Of a stretch of DNA of 64,000 bases, positions 26,473 through 40,339 are shown piece after piece (position 1 is the stretch's first letter; the number at the start of each line of letters is the position of its first letter). The translations under genes and the position numbers were made by a program. Source of the stretch: Octopus vulgaris (taxonomy: Eukaryota); assembly GCA_951406725.2 (NCBI GenBank), contig OX597824.1:97402001-97466000 (forward strand), read 5' to 3'. The notes under the pieces were generated by a model. That model did no database searches. It was not told the origin of the DNA and saw nothing but the letters and a program-made list of their open reading frames with translations.

Positions 26473-27373
26473 TCTTTATTCTTTGTCTTCAGTTGCAGAT
26501 AATTTTATATATGCATATGTGTGTGTGTGTGTGTGTGTGTTATATTTTATGCGTCTTTTAATCCTCGTAGTAATTCTTTTAAATTTCTTTCTTTTTGTTA
26601 CTTTTTTTGGGGGGAAATATTTTAAAATATTTCTATTATTTTTATTCTTGTGTGTAAAACATTTATTACTGTTGCTATTATTGGTGCTATTGTTATGATC
26701 TTTGTTGCTATTTTCGTTAGTATTTTTGTCGTTTTCTATCTTTTTGCCTTTTCTTTTCGCCCTAATTTCTTTCCTCTGACGACCTAGCTTTCTCTCCGCT
26801 GGCGAATGTATACACAAAGCGCTTTTCCTTCACTTATGCCATTGATACACTACTAATATTTGTTGTTGCTGTTGTATTATAAACCATAACAATCATTCTT
26901 TTCAAAGATACGGAATGTTATAGTGAAGGTTATTGATTTTACGAAAGTATTATAACGAATAATATCGGGTTTCCATGACAGCGTTTCCTTTTACAGGATT
27001 TTTAAAGACATCTCTTTGTAGTGCTTATTCTGAAATCTTGGTATTCTGTGTGAATCCATCTGAGATTCTGAATTCAAGAAATTCCTCTATAAATAAGAAG
27101 TAAATCATCACCAATTGATGTGAGGAATTTGGCAAATATTTGTAGATTAACTTCAATGTTCTGCATCAGAAGAATAAATAACAATCCAAAGATTTACTTT
27201 CAGAGATATCGCAACATATGTTGCTATTTTTCATTTTACGGCTTCCCTTTAAACGTGAATTTCCGTTCGTTACATATATAGAATATACAAACCGATTGGA
27301 ATATTTTCACCAAAAACAGAAAACATGAGCAACGTTTTGGTATCCGCTTGGAATATTTAGCAATAAAATATAC
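26473..27373 (-). other. Candidate 5'-UTR portion of the receptor's first coding exon
   Basis: Acceptor-like TTATTTTTCGTCATTTCAG|G with the exon starting at 27373; no transcript evidence available. Confidence 0.45.
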
Positions 27374-27569
27374 CTGAAATGACGAAAAATAATAATAATT
27401 AAAAATACGCTTATGTAGATTTTACATTAAATGTTTAAATTACATACATTTTTGTCTATTTTTATTTAATAAGTTGTTATTTCTATAGAGGTCACAGATA
27501 CTGCTCCAGAACAACGAAAGTCACTTAAAGTGTGTTTGTTCTATTTTTGTTATCAGAATTGTTACTTAC
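27374..27569 (-). other. Candidate 196-nt 5'-UTR intron
   Basis: Consensus donor TTTCG|GTAAGTAAC at 27570/27569 and acceptor TTTCAG|G at 27374/27373. Confidence 0.45.
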
Positions 27570-28183
27570 CGAAACTTTACTTGGCTTTTGTATCGTACTA
27601 ATATCGAACATATAAGGAAATATTCAGTAAGAATTTCTTGCAATAATCTTTATTTCGTTAAATATCTTATATTACAATATTATAATGAAAACCCTTGCCT
27701 AAGCTTTTGCTTGTTATCTTGTGCTTGTTTTTGTCACTGGATTGAATCTTTAACCTGAGTATGTATTATTTTTGATTCTATATCTGGTTCTTTAGCCGAG
27801 TTCCGGAAAAGTGAACAAACACAATGACAGAGAGAGAAAGAGAGAGAGAGAGAGAGAGTGGCATATTTGTGTATAATGTACAGAAACAATTGTTGTGTTT
27901 TGTGATTAAAGCTGCTTCATTTCATCTTCTTGATTTATAAATTTACATGTATGTATACACACAGATATATATATTCTACCAAATATATACGTTTTATTTA
28001 TTATTTTGCACATTACTTAATTATTGGTATATGTTTTATCTCATATTTAAATTTTCTATAAGGTTTATTTTTTTCTAAATGGTATAATTAAATTTTTTCA
28101 TTATTGAATTGATAAATGGTGGTTTCTTTTCTAATTTATATATATATATATATATATAAATGTTCAGGATTCAAGTAAATACA

Positions 28184-28216
<33 letters not shown>

Positions 28217-28577
28217 TCATTCATACATACATCATGAGATGGAAGGATGAACATATACGAGCAGAAGACTATGCATGGATATGTTAGTAGAAAGCGCCGT
28301 GCTGATAGTAACGCGGAGTAGATGAAACAGGGACAACTGATGAAGGGGAATATTCTTTATGTTGTTTGTCTCGTTTCTCTGTTTTTTTCGTTTTTCCCAA
28401 AAAGTTCATTTCTATGTTTTGTATTTATGTTTTTGTTTCTCATTGTGTTCAACGTTTTTTTTTTATGTCCTGTACCCATATATGCATGCATATATACATA
28501 TATATGTAGGTATATACATATACATGTAGGTATATACATATACATGTAGGTATGTACATATATGTATGTATATAGGC

Positions 28578-28640
<63 letters not shown>

Positions 28641-28785
28641 CTCCAAAATCACAGAGTAGGCGAAACAGTATTGTAAGTGAAGGGAGAGGAGAGAAAATAG
28701 TAATTCAGTGAAGGAGAAGTAGTGAGAGTAATAGCCATGACTGAGAGGGAGAGAGAGGAAGTGGCAAAAAAAGCGCCGTGTATCA

Positions 28786-29180
28786 TCTACTATATGTTGT
28801 GTCTTTCTCCGTCACAAGATATGAATGAGAAAGGAAGGGGCGATAGATGAATAAGGAAGGAAGGGGTGCAAAAAATCAAACAACGTTTCGACTCTCTGCG
28901 TGTAAATGTGTGTGCGTGTGCGTGTAAAAGAGTGGTGGGTGAATGTGTGTGTGTTTGTGTGCGTTCAATGGAAGTGGGTCGGTGACCAACACTGAAAGAT
29001 CAAACAGCGTTTCAACCCCGTCTGAGAATATGCGTGTACGTCTACAAGGGAAGTATGTGAATGGCTGCATGTGTGAACCAGCGTTCTTTCAGTAACAAAC
29101 GATGATCGATGTCACATCTCAAAAGACAACCACCAGATAACATTAACAATTGTATTAATTTGAATTACCATCCATATTCT
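28786..29180 (+). mobile_element. Longer copy of the 4860-5047 Helitron family (3' end not located)
   Basis: A|TCTACTATA start; shares TTTCTCCGTCAC..ATATG.ATGAGAAAGGAAGGGGCG, ACAAGGGAAGTATGTGAATG and CATCCATATT with 4860-5047. Confidence 0.75.
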
Positions 29181-30572
29181 ATCTGTCGTGTTACAAATGA
29201 TTATTACAGTCAAACACATCCGCACAAACATATACAAACTCATTAGAGAAATTAATTACTGCCTGAGTATATAAAGAATATAAAACGACTGCAGGTGAAA
29301 GGTATATCATAAATACACATTTAACAGTTCATACATGGGCCTAATTTATTTATATTAAGACATTTATGTAATAAATTTTGAATAATTAGTTTTTACAACA
29401 CCAATTATAAGTCAGGGACTGTTTTTTGTGGCTTTAAGTCGTATGAGTTTCGGTTGGTTTCAGTAATGGAGAGCGCAGTTGAAGGGAAGCTTTGTTAACT
29501 TATTGTAAGTTCAATTTTACAATGATACAAGTATCACTGGTTGCAATAACGATATTTTCATGGACTACAAAAAACAATCTTTCATAAGAATGTAAACCAG
29601 CGAATGTAAATGGTGAGTTTTGATTAGGCGTCCATTTTGTTTTTGTAGTTTCTGTCGCTGGTGTTTGTTATAGTTGTTGCTGTTATTAGTATCTGCTTCG
29701 ATTCAAATCTATGGTCGAAGATGTTCCAGCCGTGACTATGATCGTCAGGTTTTTTTTTCCTTCGGGCATATTGGGAGCATGTTTTGAAGTGCCATGGCGT
29801 CGTCTGAGGGAAAACTGACTACTATTTCTAACACATTAGGCAACTATGTAGACGCTCCCTCGATTGCTATATATAAAACATAATACTGGCTGTGCAGCAC
29901 CACCGCCCACCTGTCAATCGAATCACATAAATTAAATTTCTACTATTTTACTCGCCTTTGTTTGCACAAATTTATTGCAATCAGGTATTCATTTTTGAAT
30001 GAACGAACACGAATAGTTACTGCATAATTCAATAGAATTACGACATTATTTGTGTTAGAGTTTTTGTGTAGCCAACGACATTCTCTTTCTACGCTTGCAC
30101 CATATTTCCGCGCATGATTTGTATTAAACCACAACTCGATTTTCTGTGGCTTTAGTTACTAATTTGGAGTTCCATGTTTTCTTTGTGTTTTGAGGGCCAC
30201 TTCAGGTTTTGGCAAGGTCATTGTTGAGAACCACGGAAAAGTAAGTGAGTGGATATGCCACAGAAGCTATATATATTTCCAGTACAAATTTGGTAAAGTA
30301 ATTTGTATGAAAAATATTTCTGTTGCACTCATAGTGTTAGAAGACTTCGGAATTCCAGTAACACTTGCTGTTAGCCACGGGGTTCTTTTCTTAACAACCA
30401 TAGAAAATGCATGGGGAGAGTGAGAGGGGGAAGAGAGAGCGAGAGGTAGAGAATTATTTCTAATACTATTCATGTTAATAAGGATACATGATAACTGCTG
30501 CAAATAATTGGCCGGTGTATATTTACGCAGAAAGTATCACACACACACACTCACTAGCACACATACAGAAAC

Positions 30573-30627
<55 letters not shown>

Positions 30628-31129
30628 CATGCATACATATGATATGCGTGTGCATATATATTTATATATATACATATATATGTTTGGATATATTATAATT
30701 GTATGTGTTTGTACGTATCTATACATATATATAGATATATGTACATATATACATGTATATACATGTATATACATATATATATACATATATATATACATGT
30801 ATATATGTATATATATATACAGTATAGAAAGAAGGAGGGGCTATTAGTTCCATACTGCTGAAACACATTATATCATCAGTGTTTGTATATTATCCCTTGA
30901 TCCTTCAAGCAATTCTTCAGTCTGAAATGCACAACATGGCTGGTCGTATTTGAAAGAAAAACAAAGCGAGAAATTACGCTGGGCGATCAGCTAACTCGAG
31001 AAAAGACGAAAGGAATGTGAATGCACAATTTGGAAAGAGAAAACGCAGCGAAGAAACAAAAGGAAAGGAAAAGGGAAAAGAAAGGAAAGTAAACCAAGAA
31101 TTGCATCCCCTTTGTCCGTGATAATGAGG

Positions 31130-31690
31130 CTTAAAACTGATAGGCTTCAAATCAGAATTAATATAGCAGATGTAGAAAAATCCGACTGGGAGAAGACCAT
31201 AGTCTGTGATGCAACTTGCTTAATCCGGAGAAGGCAGTGTCTTCCAGTTCGATAAGACGAATTTGGCCATATGTCTGCATTTACAGAGAAGTTCGTATCT
31301 TGAATTAAGCAGTGCGGAGAAATTCTTGGCTCTCAAAATAATATACGATCATTCGGCTTCACATAACCTTCATAAATGTGGTCCATTCACGCGTGTTGAA
31401 GATCGTTTCGCGATGTTCCACTTGAGTGAGCGTCGTGAGCAATTTGTTTTCAGACCCTATTTATGGCAAGCCAATATCGCGGATTTGTTTTTATCCACGT
31501 TTCGGTAAAAAGACTGAATGTACCGATTGTACACCATGTCCACGCAAATATATGGATGAAAACAGAACAACAAAAGTCATGCTCAACTGCGATTACATAA
31601 AACAGCAAAAATGCAAATTTAGATCCCCTGTAGAAATTCTCGTGGCTAAAATATAAAGAACTTTAAAGCTGATCTGAAAGGAACGAGAGT
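31130..31690 (+). pseudogene. Highly decayed RTE-like LINE ORF2 C-terminal relic
   Basis: Fragments across frames: CRKIRLG, IRRIWPYVCIYREVRILN, VEDRFAMFH..YLWQANI, MDENRTTKVML, resembling the post-RT region of RTE-type LINEs. Confidence 0.5.
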
Positions 31691-31943
31691 TGAAATAAGG
31701 TATTCGTATTACGTGGTTTAACTATAATAAATTTAAGGCTACATATTTTATTCAAGTCTACAGTCACAGCTTACTATTTAAATACATAAATCCGAAGTGT
31801 CTTCTCTAAAACGATCTTCAGATGTCTTTTAATAAGTCGATAATGAAACATACTAAACGCAAATATACAGGGTGTGTGCCAGGGCTTTTGACGACACCTC
31901 TTCACATGTATTTCTTTTTTAATTTACTTTGCAGATAAATAAT

Positions 31944-32344
31944 TATTTCGTTATTGCCCATAAAGGGGTAAACATAGAGGGGGCAAACAAGGACAGACAA
32001 AAGGATTAAGTCGATTACATCGACCCCAGTACGTAACTCGTACTTATTTAATCGATCCCGAAAGGATGAAAGGCAAAGTCGTCCTCGGCGGAATTTGAAC
32101 TCAGAACGTAACGGCAGACGAAATACCTATTTCTTTACTACTCACAAGGGGCTAAACACAGAGGCGACAAACAAGGACAGACAAACGGATTAAATCCATT
32201 ACATCGACCCCAGTGCGTAACTGGTACTTAATTTATCGACTCCGAAAGGATGAAAGGCAAAGTCGACCTCGGCGGAATTTGAACTCAGAACGTAACGGCT
32301 ACGCATTTCGCCCGGCGCGCTAACGAACCTGTCAGCTCGCCGCC
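31944..32344 (-). mobile_element. SINE family A, tandem dimer
   Basis: Two reverse-complement units with the GACGAAATAC|CTATTTCTT junction. Confidence 0.92.
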
Positions 32345-33222
32345 TTTTCTGCCAGCTCGACTCAGGAAATGAAAAGGCACGCTGTGATCTTTGCGTGAAA
32401 AGCGCTGCATTGTGACACAGAGATAACTCGCTTTCTGAAAGTTGCCCCATCCTTTCTTGTCAACGTCTGGAAGGAGCTGGAAGCTGTTCACTTGGATTCA
32501 ACATCAGCAACTAAACGCAAAACACATGTACAGGTTCCTAATAACATCAGAATGCATAACTTTGTACAGGAATGAATGCATCTTAGAAGCCAGCAGATAC
32601 ACATATGTGTGTGTGTGTTGCGTGTGGTGTTGTTGTTGCTGTGGAATGAAATATAGGCATAGGCCCAAACTATCGTTTTGTGCAGGACCCTCTCTAAATA
32701 TTTGATGCAATGATTTTCTTTCAGTGATTATGTTGCGTTGGTGTATTCTAAATATGCAAGAATTTTCGAAATGTAGTTCTGCCTTTCGCCAACTCAGTAA
32801 CAGAATTTAATGAGTATTCGGCGCTGGCCTCAGGTAGAAATCATATTGAAAATCTATACAAGAAAATTGTATATAATGTCGTTTAATGATGGACAGGTCT
32901 CTAGAAGTTTGATCTCGCATAGATAAATTGGGTAGAGCGGCCAAATTGGGCTAATTACGATGCGAATCACAAACACGCTGACTTTAAGTGACCGAATGCG
33001 GAGAATGTAAGATCTAAAAAAGGCCTGAGCAGATTTGCGACTTATCTAAATGAAGATGAATGGATTAACACTATTGTTGAATAAGACACACGAGTGTATA
33101 TATGTAGATATATGCGCGTATATATATATGCTGGTGTATGCGCATGCACATGTATGCAAGCTTGCATATATATATATATATATATATAATAAAAATCAAA
33201 GTTAATATATATCTGTGTGTGT

Positions 33223-33265
<43 letters not shown>

Positions 33266-33984
33266 TCTATCTGCATATCTGTATAATTTCTCTTCAGAAG
33301 TTGACCATCCTTGGGAAATACGTACAGCCCTGCATCAAAATACGATTCATCAAAAAATAATCATTCAATTTTGTTACATCAGTCTATGATGCTTCTTCTT
33401 ACCTCGATATCTTCTAACATTTTAAACAAAGGAGCAGAAATAATGTTTCCCTTTCACCTCCATGATGGCTCGTCTGCTACATCTCAAATACTATTACAAT
33501 TTTGTCCTTTGTCGTTTTCACTGAGACCAGTGATGAGAGACCAGGTCTATGGTTAACAATATCCAAGCCATGTCTATCACTTGTTATGTATTCTAGACAT
33601 TATATCTTACATACCCCGCCAACCAATATAAGTTTAGTTATCATGTAAGATTTAAGTGAAGGTTCGCTGGTATTTCTAGTAGTTAGGCTGACCATGTATA
33701 AGCACCCTTCTTAGATACTCATTTTTGTTTTTGTTATGGCTTTTGTGAGTGGTTGTAGTTGTTGTTTTTGTTGTTGCAGTTGTCTTATTGGAGCAGACTA
33801 ATGATTAAAGACATTCCACCGGACATTGTAATCTCAATATTTCATGTTCATGAATCTATTTTTACGACATTATCCGACGATGAGAGGGAGATTTACTTGC
33901 TATTTCTATCAAATAAAATGACACTGTAAACGGTTTATCATTGTTTTGATTAGATAGACGCGATGAGGTGGGGTGGGCACGTGT

Positions 33985-34400
33985 AATAAGAAGCTTGCAT
34001 CCCAAACACATACTATAGCCTCGGGGCGACCAAAGCGTTGGGAGTGGACTTCGTAGACAAAAACTGAAAGACGCCTGCCGTATATACATGTGTGTGTGTG
34101 TGCGTGTGTGTATGTGTGTGTGTGTATGTGTGTGTTGCTGTTGCTGTGTGTGTCTCTGTGATTGTGCCTGTGTGTGTGTCTGCGTTTTCCTCTGCCCCTT
34201 GGCAACCGATATTGGTGTACCTACGACCCGGTAAATTAGCAGTTCGGTAAAACGAGAGCGATAGAATAAGTACAAGGTTTTGTTTGAAATAAAAACAAAA
34301 GGACGTGGGGTCGGGGATCAATTTATTCGAATACAAATTGTTCAAGGCGATGCGCCAGCATGGCCGCGATCTAATGACTGAAACAACTAAAAGCTAAAAG
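33985..34400 (+). mobile_element. SINE family B, internally deleted
   Basis: ACTATAGCCTCGGGGCGACCAAAG..GACAAAAACTGAAAGA..CCAGCATGGCCGCGATCTAATGACTGAAACAA. Confidence 0.85.
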
Positions 34401-34979
34401 TATAATTCTTTTGTCGTTGATATCCGCGATTATTTTCAAATTTCCAGAGTTTTCTGCCGGTGGTAATTTAAGTTCTTTAATCCTCACAGTACATCGATTG
34501 ATAGATTGGCTCCTTCGTAGTCATGGAGACCACGAATGTACAGCATTCGTCAATCTTCATAGTAAGCCAGTGGACGCGGAAACATTAAGATTCAGAAATA
34601 CTATGAGTGATGGCATCCATGCTATTCAAACTGAAACGTCAAAAGGAATGATGCATCTGTCATTATGTGAAGTTCAGACAACATCTTTACGGAATCATAA
34701 ATTCTTGCGTTTGCACAGAAGGTTCTGGAGATGTCGTCAAGGAAAAAAACCTTGTAAACATCAAAACTAAAAGATAAAGCGTTGTCCAGAAGGGAATTTC
34801 ACATCTCTGTCGTGTTTCTGCCAATCCTTTTACAATCAAGTGAGCTCAGTAAATTGTGAATAATTTATCACCAAAAAATACACTAGAATATATGTCGGTC
34901 TTTCAATATGTGACCTTGTGAGTGCCGTTGGCGATTTTTTTCCTCTGTCTTCCCTTCTCGGGATCTTTACTTCTCCTAT

Positions 34980-35014
34980 GTTTCCGACGAAGAGCTCCCC
35001 TCGAAACGTTAAAC
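34980..35014 (+). ncRNA. Minimal hammerhead-like motif lacking loop III (CCGACGA core)
   Basis: GTTT-CCGACGA-A-GAG(CTCCC)CTC-GAAAC-GTT-AAAC; stem I GTTT/AAAC; palindromic AACGTT in place of stem III. Confidence 0.5.
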
Positions 35015-35106
35015 CCTCCTTCTTCCCTTAGCGTCCAATAATACTTTATTTGCTCCACGTCCTCGCGTTGTTGTGTTTTTTTTTTTGTTTTCTTGTTTGG
35101 ATTAAC

Positions 35107-35156
<50 letters not shown>

Positions 35157-35510
35157 AGCATAAAATCAAGGGGTATGAGGTATGAATATAGATTTATTTA
35201 ACCAGGAGGCTTTCACTGGGTAACGGCTGTTTCGTAACCTTCATGTAGTATTAAGTTTATCATACTAGAAATTATGTGTACATGTTTACGCCGTTCTGTA
35301 TTATGTATAGATTATATATATTATACACCTAGGTATATACATGTGTGTATGTGTGTTAGTGTGTGTGTGTGTATACGTGTGTGTGTATGCGTGCTTGTGT
35401 ATACGTGTGTATGTATGCGTGCGTGTATGTGTGTGTATTAACGCCCACTATCACCAATGCAGTTATTTATGCAAGTGGAGCACATTCGTTCTTCACGCTC
35501 ACTGCATATA

Positions 35511-35556
<46 letters not shown>

Positions 35557-36561
35557 GCTACTAGTTATATTTCTTTCCGTAACAACCCGTGTGGCGTTCT
35601 TCCTCCGAACAGAACCAAGTGACTTTCGAAACCGATCAGGTAAATCCATTTGTATATTTACGGAGAGAAAGAAAATATAGATTTGTTTCCATTTATTTCC
35701 AACTTAGAAACAGCTGCAATGTGATGTCCGCATGAATATTTATTTTGCGTCTAACTACACATATAACAGCGAATGTATATTGGCTAGAGCTTTCTTTTCT
35801 CTTATATATACGCGTGCTTTCACGAACATGTTGAAACATAACATACTTAGAGATCGTCCTATCTATATATAATATATGTGTATGCAAGCATGTCCGCACG
35901 ATTATCTGTTCGCAAGTTTTTGCTGACGATTAGGAAAAAAATGAAAAATTATACCACAATGAAGCATGAAAAATTACAGAAGCGAACATGTGTATATGTG
36001 TGTGTGAAAGAGGAAAAGGAGCGAGAGAATAGGACAGAAAGAGAGGGAGAGTGTGACAGAAGAGGGTGAATTAGGGGAGAGAATGGTCGGAAGGAGATGT
36101 ACTAAAGACACTCTATATTAACTATTTTTCGAGAAATTATTGAATTTGCCATCACAATCAATGTCACCATCATCCAGACTACATTCTACTACTACAACAA
36201 CCACTGTTACTGCTGCCACTGCCGCTGCTTTTAATAAAGATAATAATGATGATAATGATGATAATTGTAATAATAATAATAATAGTAGCAACGATATTAT
36301 GGCGTATCGATAATAATCGTAATATGAACGAAGATATTTATAAATGAAAGTGCGTCGATAAATATGACCATTAAGGAACAAAATGGAAATTATTATCGCT
36401 GGAATCATGTAAGATATCAGGTTAATGAACCCACACACACATACACACACACATACATAAATATATATGTATGATATAAAATGTGTGTGCGGATATGTGT
36501 GTTTGTGCGTATGTATGAATAAGCGCGAGCACACACACACTCATACATACACACACATCTG

Positions 36562-36593
<32 letters not shown>

Positions 36594-36684
36594 GGGAGAG
36601 TTTACGAAAAAAACAAAAGACGAAGACCGGTGGTGTACAAAACAAACAGATGTATTAGTATAACGCTCAGGAATAGAAAAAGTA

Positions 36685-36718
36685 TTTTACGTTTCGAGCC
36701 TACGCTCTTCTACAGAAA
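36685..36718 (-). ncRNA. Minimal hammerhead-like motif (CTGTAGA core)
   Basis: Minus strand: TTT-CTGTAGA-A-GAGC(GTAG)GCTC-GAAAC-GTA-AAA. Confidence 0.5.
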
Positions 36719-37234
36719 GGGACACACAACACACACACACATATATGAGTGTGTGTTTGTGTGTCAGTGTTTATCCCGCCAACATCGCTTGACAACCGAT
36801 GCTGGCGTGTTTACGTCCCCGTAACTTAGCGGTTCGGCCAAAGAGACCGATAGAATAAATACTAAGTTACAAAGAATAATGTCGCTACTCCTCACAGGGA
36901 GCTTCAAGTTAAATTCCTCTTCTATTCCGTCACCCGATCGACTCACCAGTTACGCATTGCCTCTCCTACCCCAGGACCAACAATAAAACTTCAATTTTTT
37001 TCTCGCTAGAACTACGAACCTCTGCTATCCTCAACCTGCGTCTCTTTATTCTGCAGATATAAGGATAGTTGCAGTTAAACCCACAAACCATATTTGGGCA
37101 AACTTTTGATCAAAGTCATTCTAATAGGAAGACCAATAATATTTCCAAGATTATCTTGTCAATCTTTTCTTTCCACGGGAACTCCGTTGTTGGTTCATAC
37201 TATTATATTCTCTCTCTCTCTCTTTTCCTTTCTT

Positions 37235-37281
<47 letters not shown>

Positions 37282-37820
37282 CTCTCTCTCTCTCTCTCTC
37301 TCTTTTTCTCTCTCTTTCTCTCTTTCTCATTAATCCTATGGCCAATGTCATCTTATTTATACAGTTTCCATTACTAGGCTATCTGTCTTTCCTTGCCCTT
37401 TTTATTACCATATAAAGCATTGATTTTGGCTCAATTTTTTAAATAATGCAGAATAAATTCGTACTTGTTGGTCTGTTTGTAACATGAATTAACATAAAAT
37501 TTTAATGGAAGGCTTTAGATCACTTCATGCAACTAGCGGAGGTTTCAGGTGGGTTGGTACGGGAAGTTTTCACTGAGAAAGGGGAAATTTCACCGAGAAT
37601 TGGTTGCTCTTCTGAGTTGATCGCATATCATCCTCGAAGACTCTTCATCTTTCATGCTATTTAATCCCCAATCCATCTAAATTGTGACTATGAATAAAAA
37701 AAGACTTTTCGGTCGTGACTATCCCGTCTTATTTTTCCAGCCAAGACTTGATTACCTGAAGAGGTCTTCAGTAAGAGGGAGACTTACTTAAGCTTTTACA
37801 TCTTGTATATGACCAGGAGT

Positions 37821-38089
37821 GAAGGCGCGTAGCGTAGTGGTAAGGGAATTCGGCTCATGACCCCAAGGTGGCGAGTTCGATTCCTGGCGATGCGTTGTGT
37901 CCTTCAGCAAGAAACTTTACTTCATGTTGCTCCAGTTCACTCAGCTGGCAAAAATGAGTAGTACTTGTATTTGAAAGGGCCTGGGAGCTGTGTGGAGTAC
38001 TCAGCCACTTGCATGTTAATTTCACGAGCAGCCTGTTCCGTTGATCGAATCAACCGGAAACCTCGTCGTCGTAAGCGACGGAGTGGCAA
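37821..38089 (+). mobile_element. Mosaic SINE: family-D-like head and body with family-C tail
   Basis: GAAGGCGCGTAGCGTAGTGG..GAGTTCGATTCC..GTTGTGTCCTTCAGCAAGAAACTTTACTTCA, then GGAGTACTCAGCCACTTGCATGTTAATTTCACGAGCAG..CTCGTCGTCGTAAGCGACGGAGTG. Confidence 0.85.
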
Positions 38090-39170
38090 TTATATGGCCG
38101 GGGAACTTCAAATGCCTGATACACACACACACACACACACGTAAGCACACGCACACAGACAGACAGTCAGACAAGCTTAAAGATAGATAGAATGATAGAT
38201 AGATAAATAAATAGATATATAAGTGTGCCTTCCAGTGTTTCGATTGCTTGATAAAGAACTACTCTAATAACGAAAAAATTCCATCTCATTTCCATCTCTT
38301 CCTGCCTCTGTCTCTCTTTCTCTCTCTCTCTGTTCCTCTCTATTCCTACCTAAATACATGCATACATATAGACATACACACACACATATATATATGCAAA
38401 TATAAATACGTATACATGTATAGACACACACACACACATACGCGCACACACACACACACACACACGCATATTTATATGCACAGAGTGAGAAAGAAAGAGT
38501 GATAATTTAAATTTAAATATATAATATTGATGATTATGTGGCGAAGAAGACGGAGTCGTGTGATGAGATACATAGACAGACAGACGGACAGAATGTGTAC
38601 TTGAAAATGATTGAAGTTATGAAGGACGCATCAGGAGAGAAAAATCATTCTAAGGAGAGGGGTGAAGAAAGAAAGAAAACAGGAGAGAGAGAGAGAGAGA
38701 GAATGAATGTGTGAAAGAAGATAAGAAAAAAGAGTGAAAGGAGGAAACTGTGAAAACAAGAGAGAGCGAAAGAAAGAGATTGAGAGAGAAAGAGGGGCAT
38801 GAGAAATAAGGAGAAAGAGGGAGAGAAAGAAACTGCGAGAACGAGGGGAAGTTTGTAAGATGCGTGGGGAAAGAGAGAGTGAGAGATAGAGAGAGTGAGA
38901 GGATGAAAGATTCGAGGAAACTCGATCTAAAGTGTTAAAAATATATTCAGGGAAGATAAAATACTTGTAAATAACATTTTATTAGGTTGATTTCATTTTT
39001 TTGTTTCTTCATTAAAATGCTTTTACCATTAATTTCTAATTAAGAATTGATGAACTTTCTGTCAAAATGAATTGTAAAATCTATTTATACAATTAGAGAA
39101 TTAAACACATTAGAGAAGAGGGAAATATTAAATATTTCTTTTTGAACTCAATAATATGTTTTCCTAATGT

Positions 39171-39224
<54 letters not shown>

Positions 39225-39402
39225 GGAGGGAGAAACAGAGAAAGTGAGAGAGAAGGAAAAGAGGTGAAAGCAGAGTAAGTGATCGGTACTCATTTTAGCA
39301 TGGTTCAAAATCTTATGTTTAATTCGATTCAGTCATTGGACCGCAGTGATGCTGGGGAGGGCTGAGAAAGATTTTAGTCAAACAAGCCCACCGCAGTACT
39401 TT

Positions 39403-39454
<52 letters not shown>

Positions 39455-39852
39455 TAAACCTTTCTGCTATAGGCACAAGGCCTGACATTTTGGGGGAGGA
39501 GGCCAGTCAACTAGATCGACTCCAGTACGCAACTGGTACTTAATTTATCGACCCCAAAAAGATGGAGGGCAAAGTCGAACTCGGCGGAATTTGAACTCAG
39601 AACATAGTGGCAGACGAAATACCTATTTCTTTACTACCTGCAAGGGGCTGAACACAGAGGGGACAAACAAGGACAGACAAACGGATTCAGTCGGTTATAT
39701 CGACCCCAGTGCGTAACTGGTACTTAATTTATCGACCCCGAAATGATGAAAGGCAAAGTCGACCTCGGCGGAATTTGAACTCAGAACGTAACAGCAGACG
39801 AAAAACCGCTAGGCATTACTTCCGGCGTGCTAACGTTTCTGCCAGCACGCCA
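39455..39852 (-). mobile_element. SINE family A, tandem dimer (tail A then tail B)
   Basis: Two reverse-complement units with the same junction as the other dimers. Confidence 0.92.
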
Positions 39853-39872
39853 TATATATATATATTACTAAT

Positions 39873-40339
39873 AACAATAATCGTTGGATGGAATTTATAA
39901 ACATTTAATGCATCGCTACGCGCATTTCCACAAATCTCATGTCTCTTAAGATCCCAGTCCATATTCCTGGGATGCTTACAGTGTAGTCCGTAGTATCTGT
40001 GGCCATCGGGTTGATCATCTTTATGGATTCATTTCTTCAGGCGTTATAACATTAATGGATTCTTACTTGTGGGATGCTTATACCTTTCAATGTTTATTCC
40101 TTTTGATTTGAAGGGAAATCAACCTTCTCTCTGGTCAAACATTCAGTTAAACATTTATTAATATTATATCGCCTGAAGAAATGAATCCATAAAGATGATC
40201 AACCCGATGATCACGTACACTACGGACTACATAGTAATCATCTTAGGAATACGAATTTCTCTTAAGATGACATGTGATTTATGGAAACATGTGTAGCGAT
40301 GCATTAAATCTTTATAAGTTCCATCCAACGATTATTGTT
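39873..40339. mobile_element. Diverged inverted-repeat element (arms ~180 bp, spacer ~100 bp), each arm with an HHR-like motif containing a long insert
   Basis: Arms 39873-40055 and 40157-40339. Plus arm: ATCGC-CTGAAGA-(~104 nt)-GAAAC-ATGT-GTA-GCGAT (40168-40300). Minus arm: AACGC-CTGAAGA...GAAAT-GCGC-GTA-GCGAT (39912-40045). Confidence 0.8.

Noticed and set aside
26096-26698. Plus-strand ORFs overlapping the GPCR exon
   Set aside because: Antisense shadows of the real exon and its low-complexity leader.
26476-26817. 113-aa K/N-rich ORF in frame upstream of the receptor
   Set aside because: Starts at TTG, is low-complexity and ends in TAA before the receptor ATG; best read as UTR.
34411-34770. 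119-aa non-repetitive ORF
   Set aside because: Non-ATG start, no recognisable domain or splice context.
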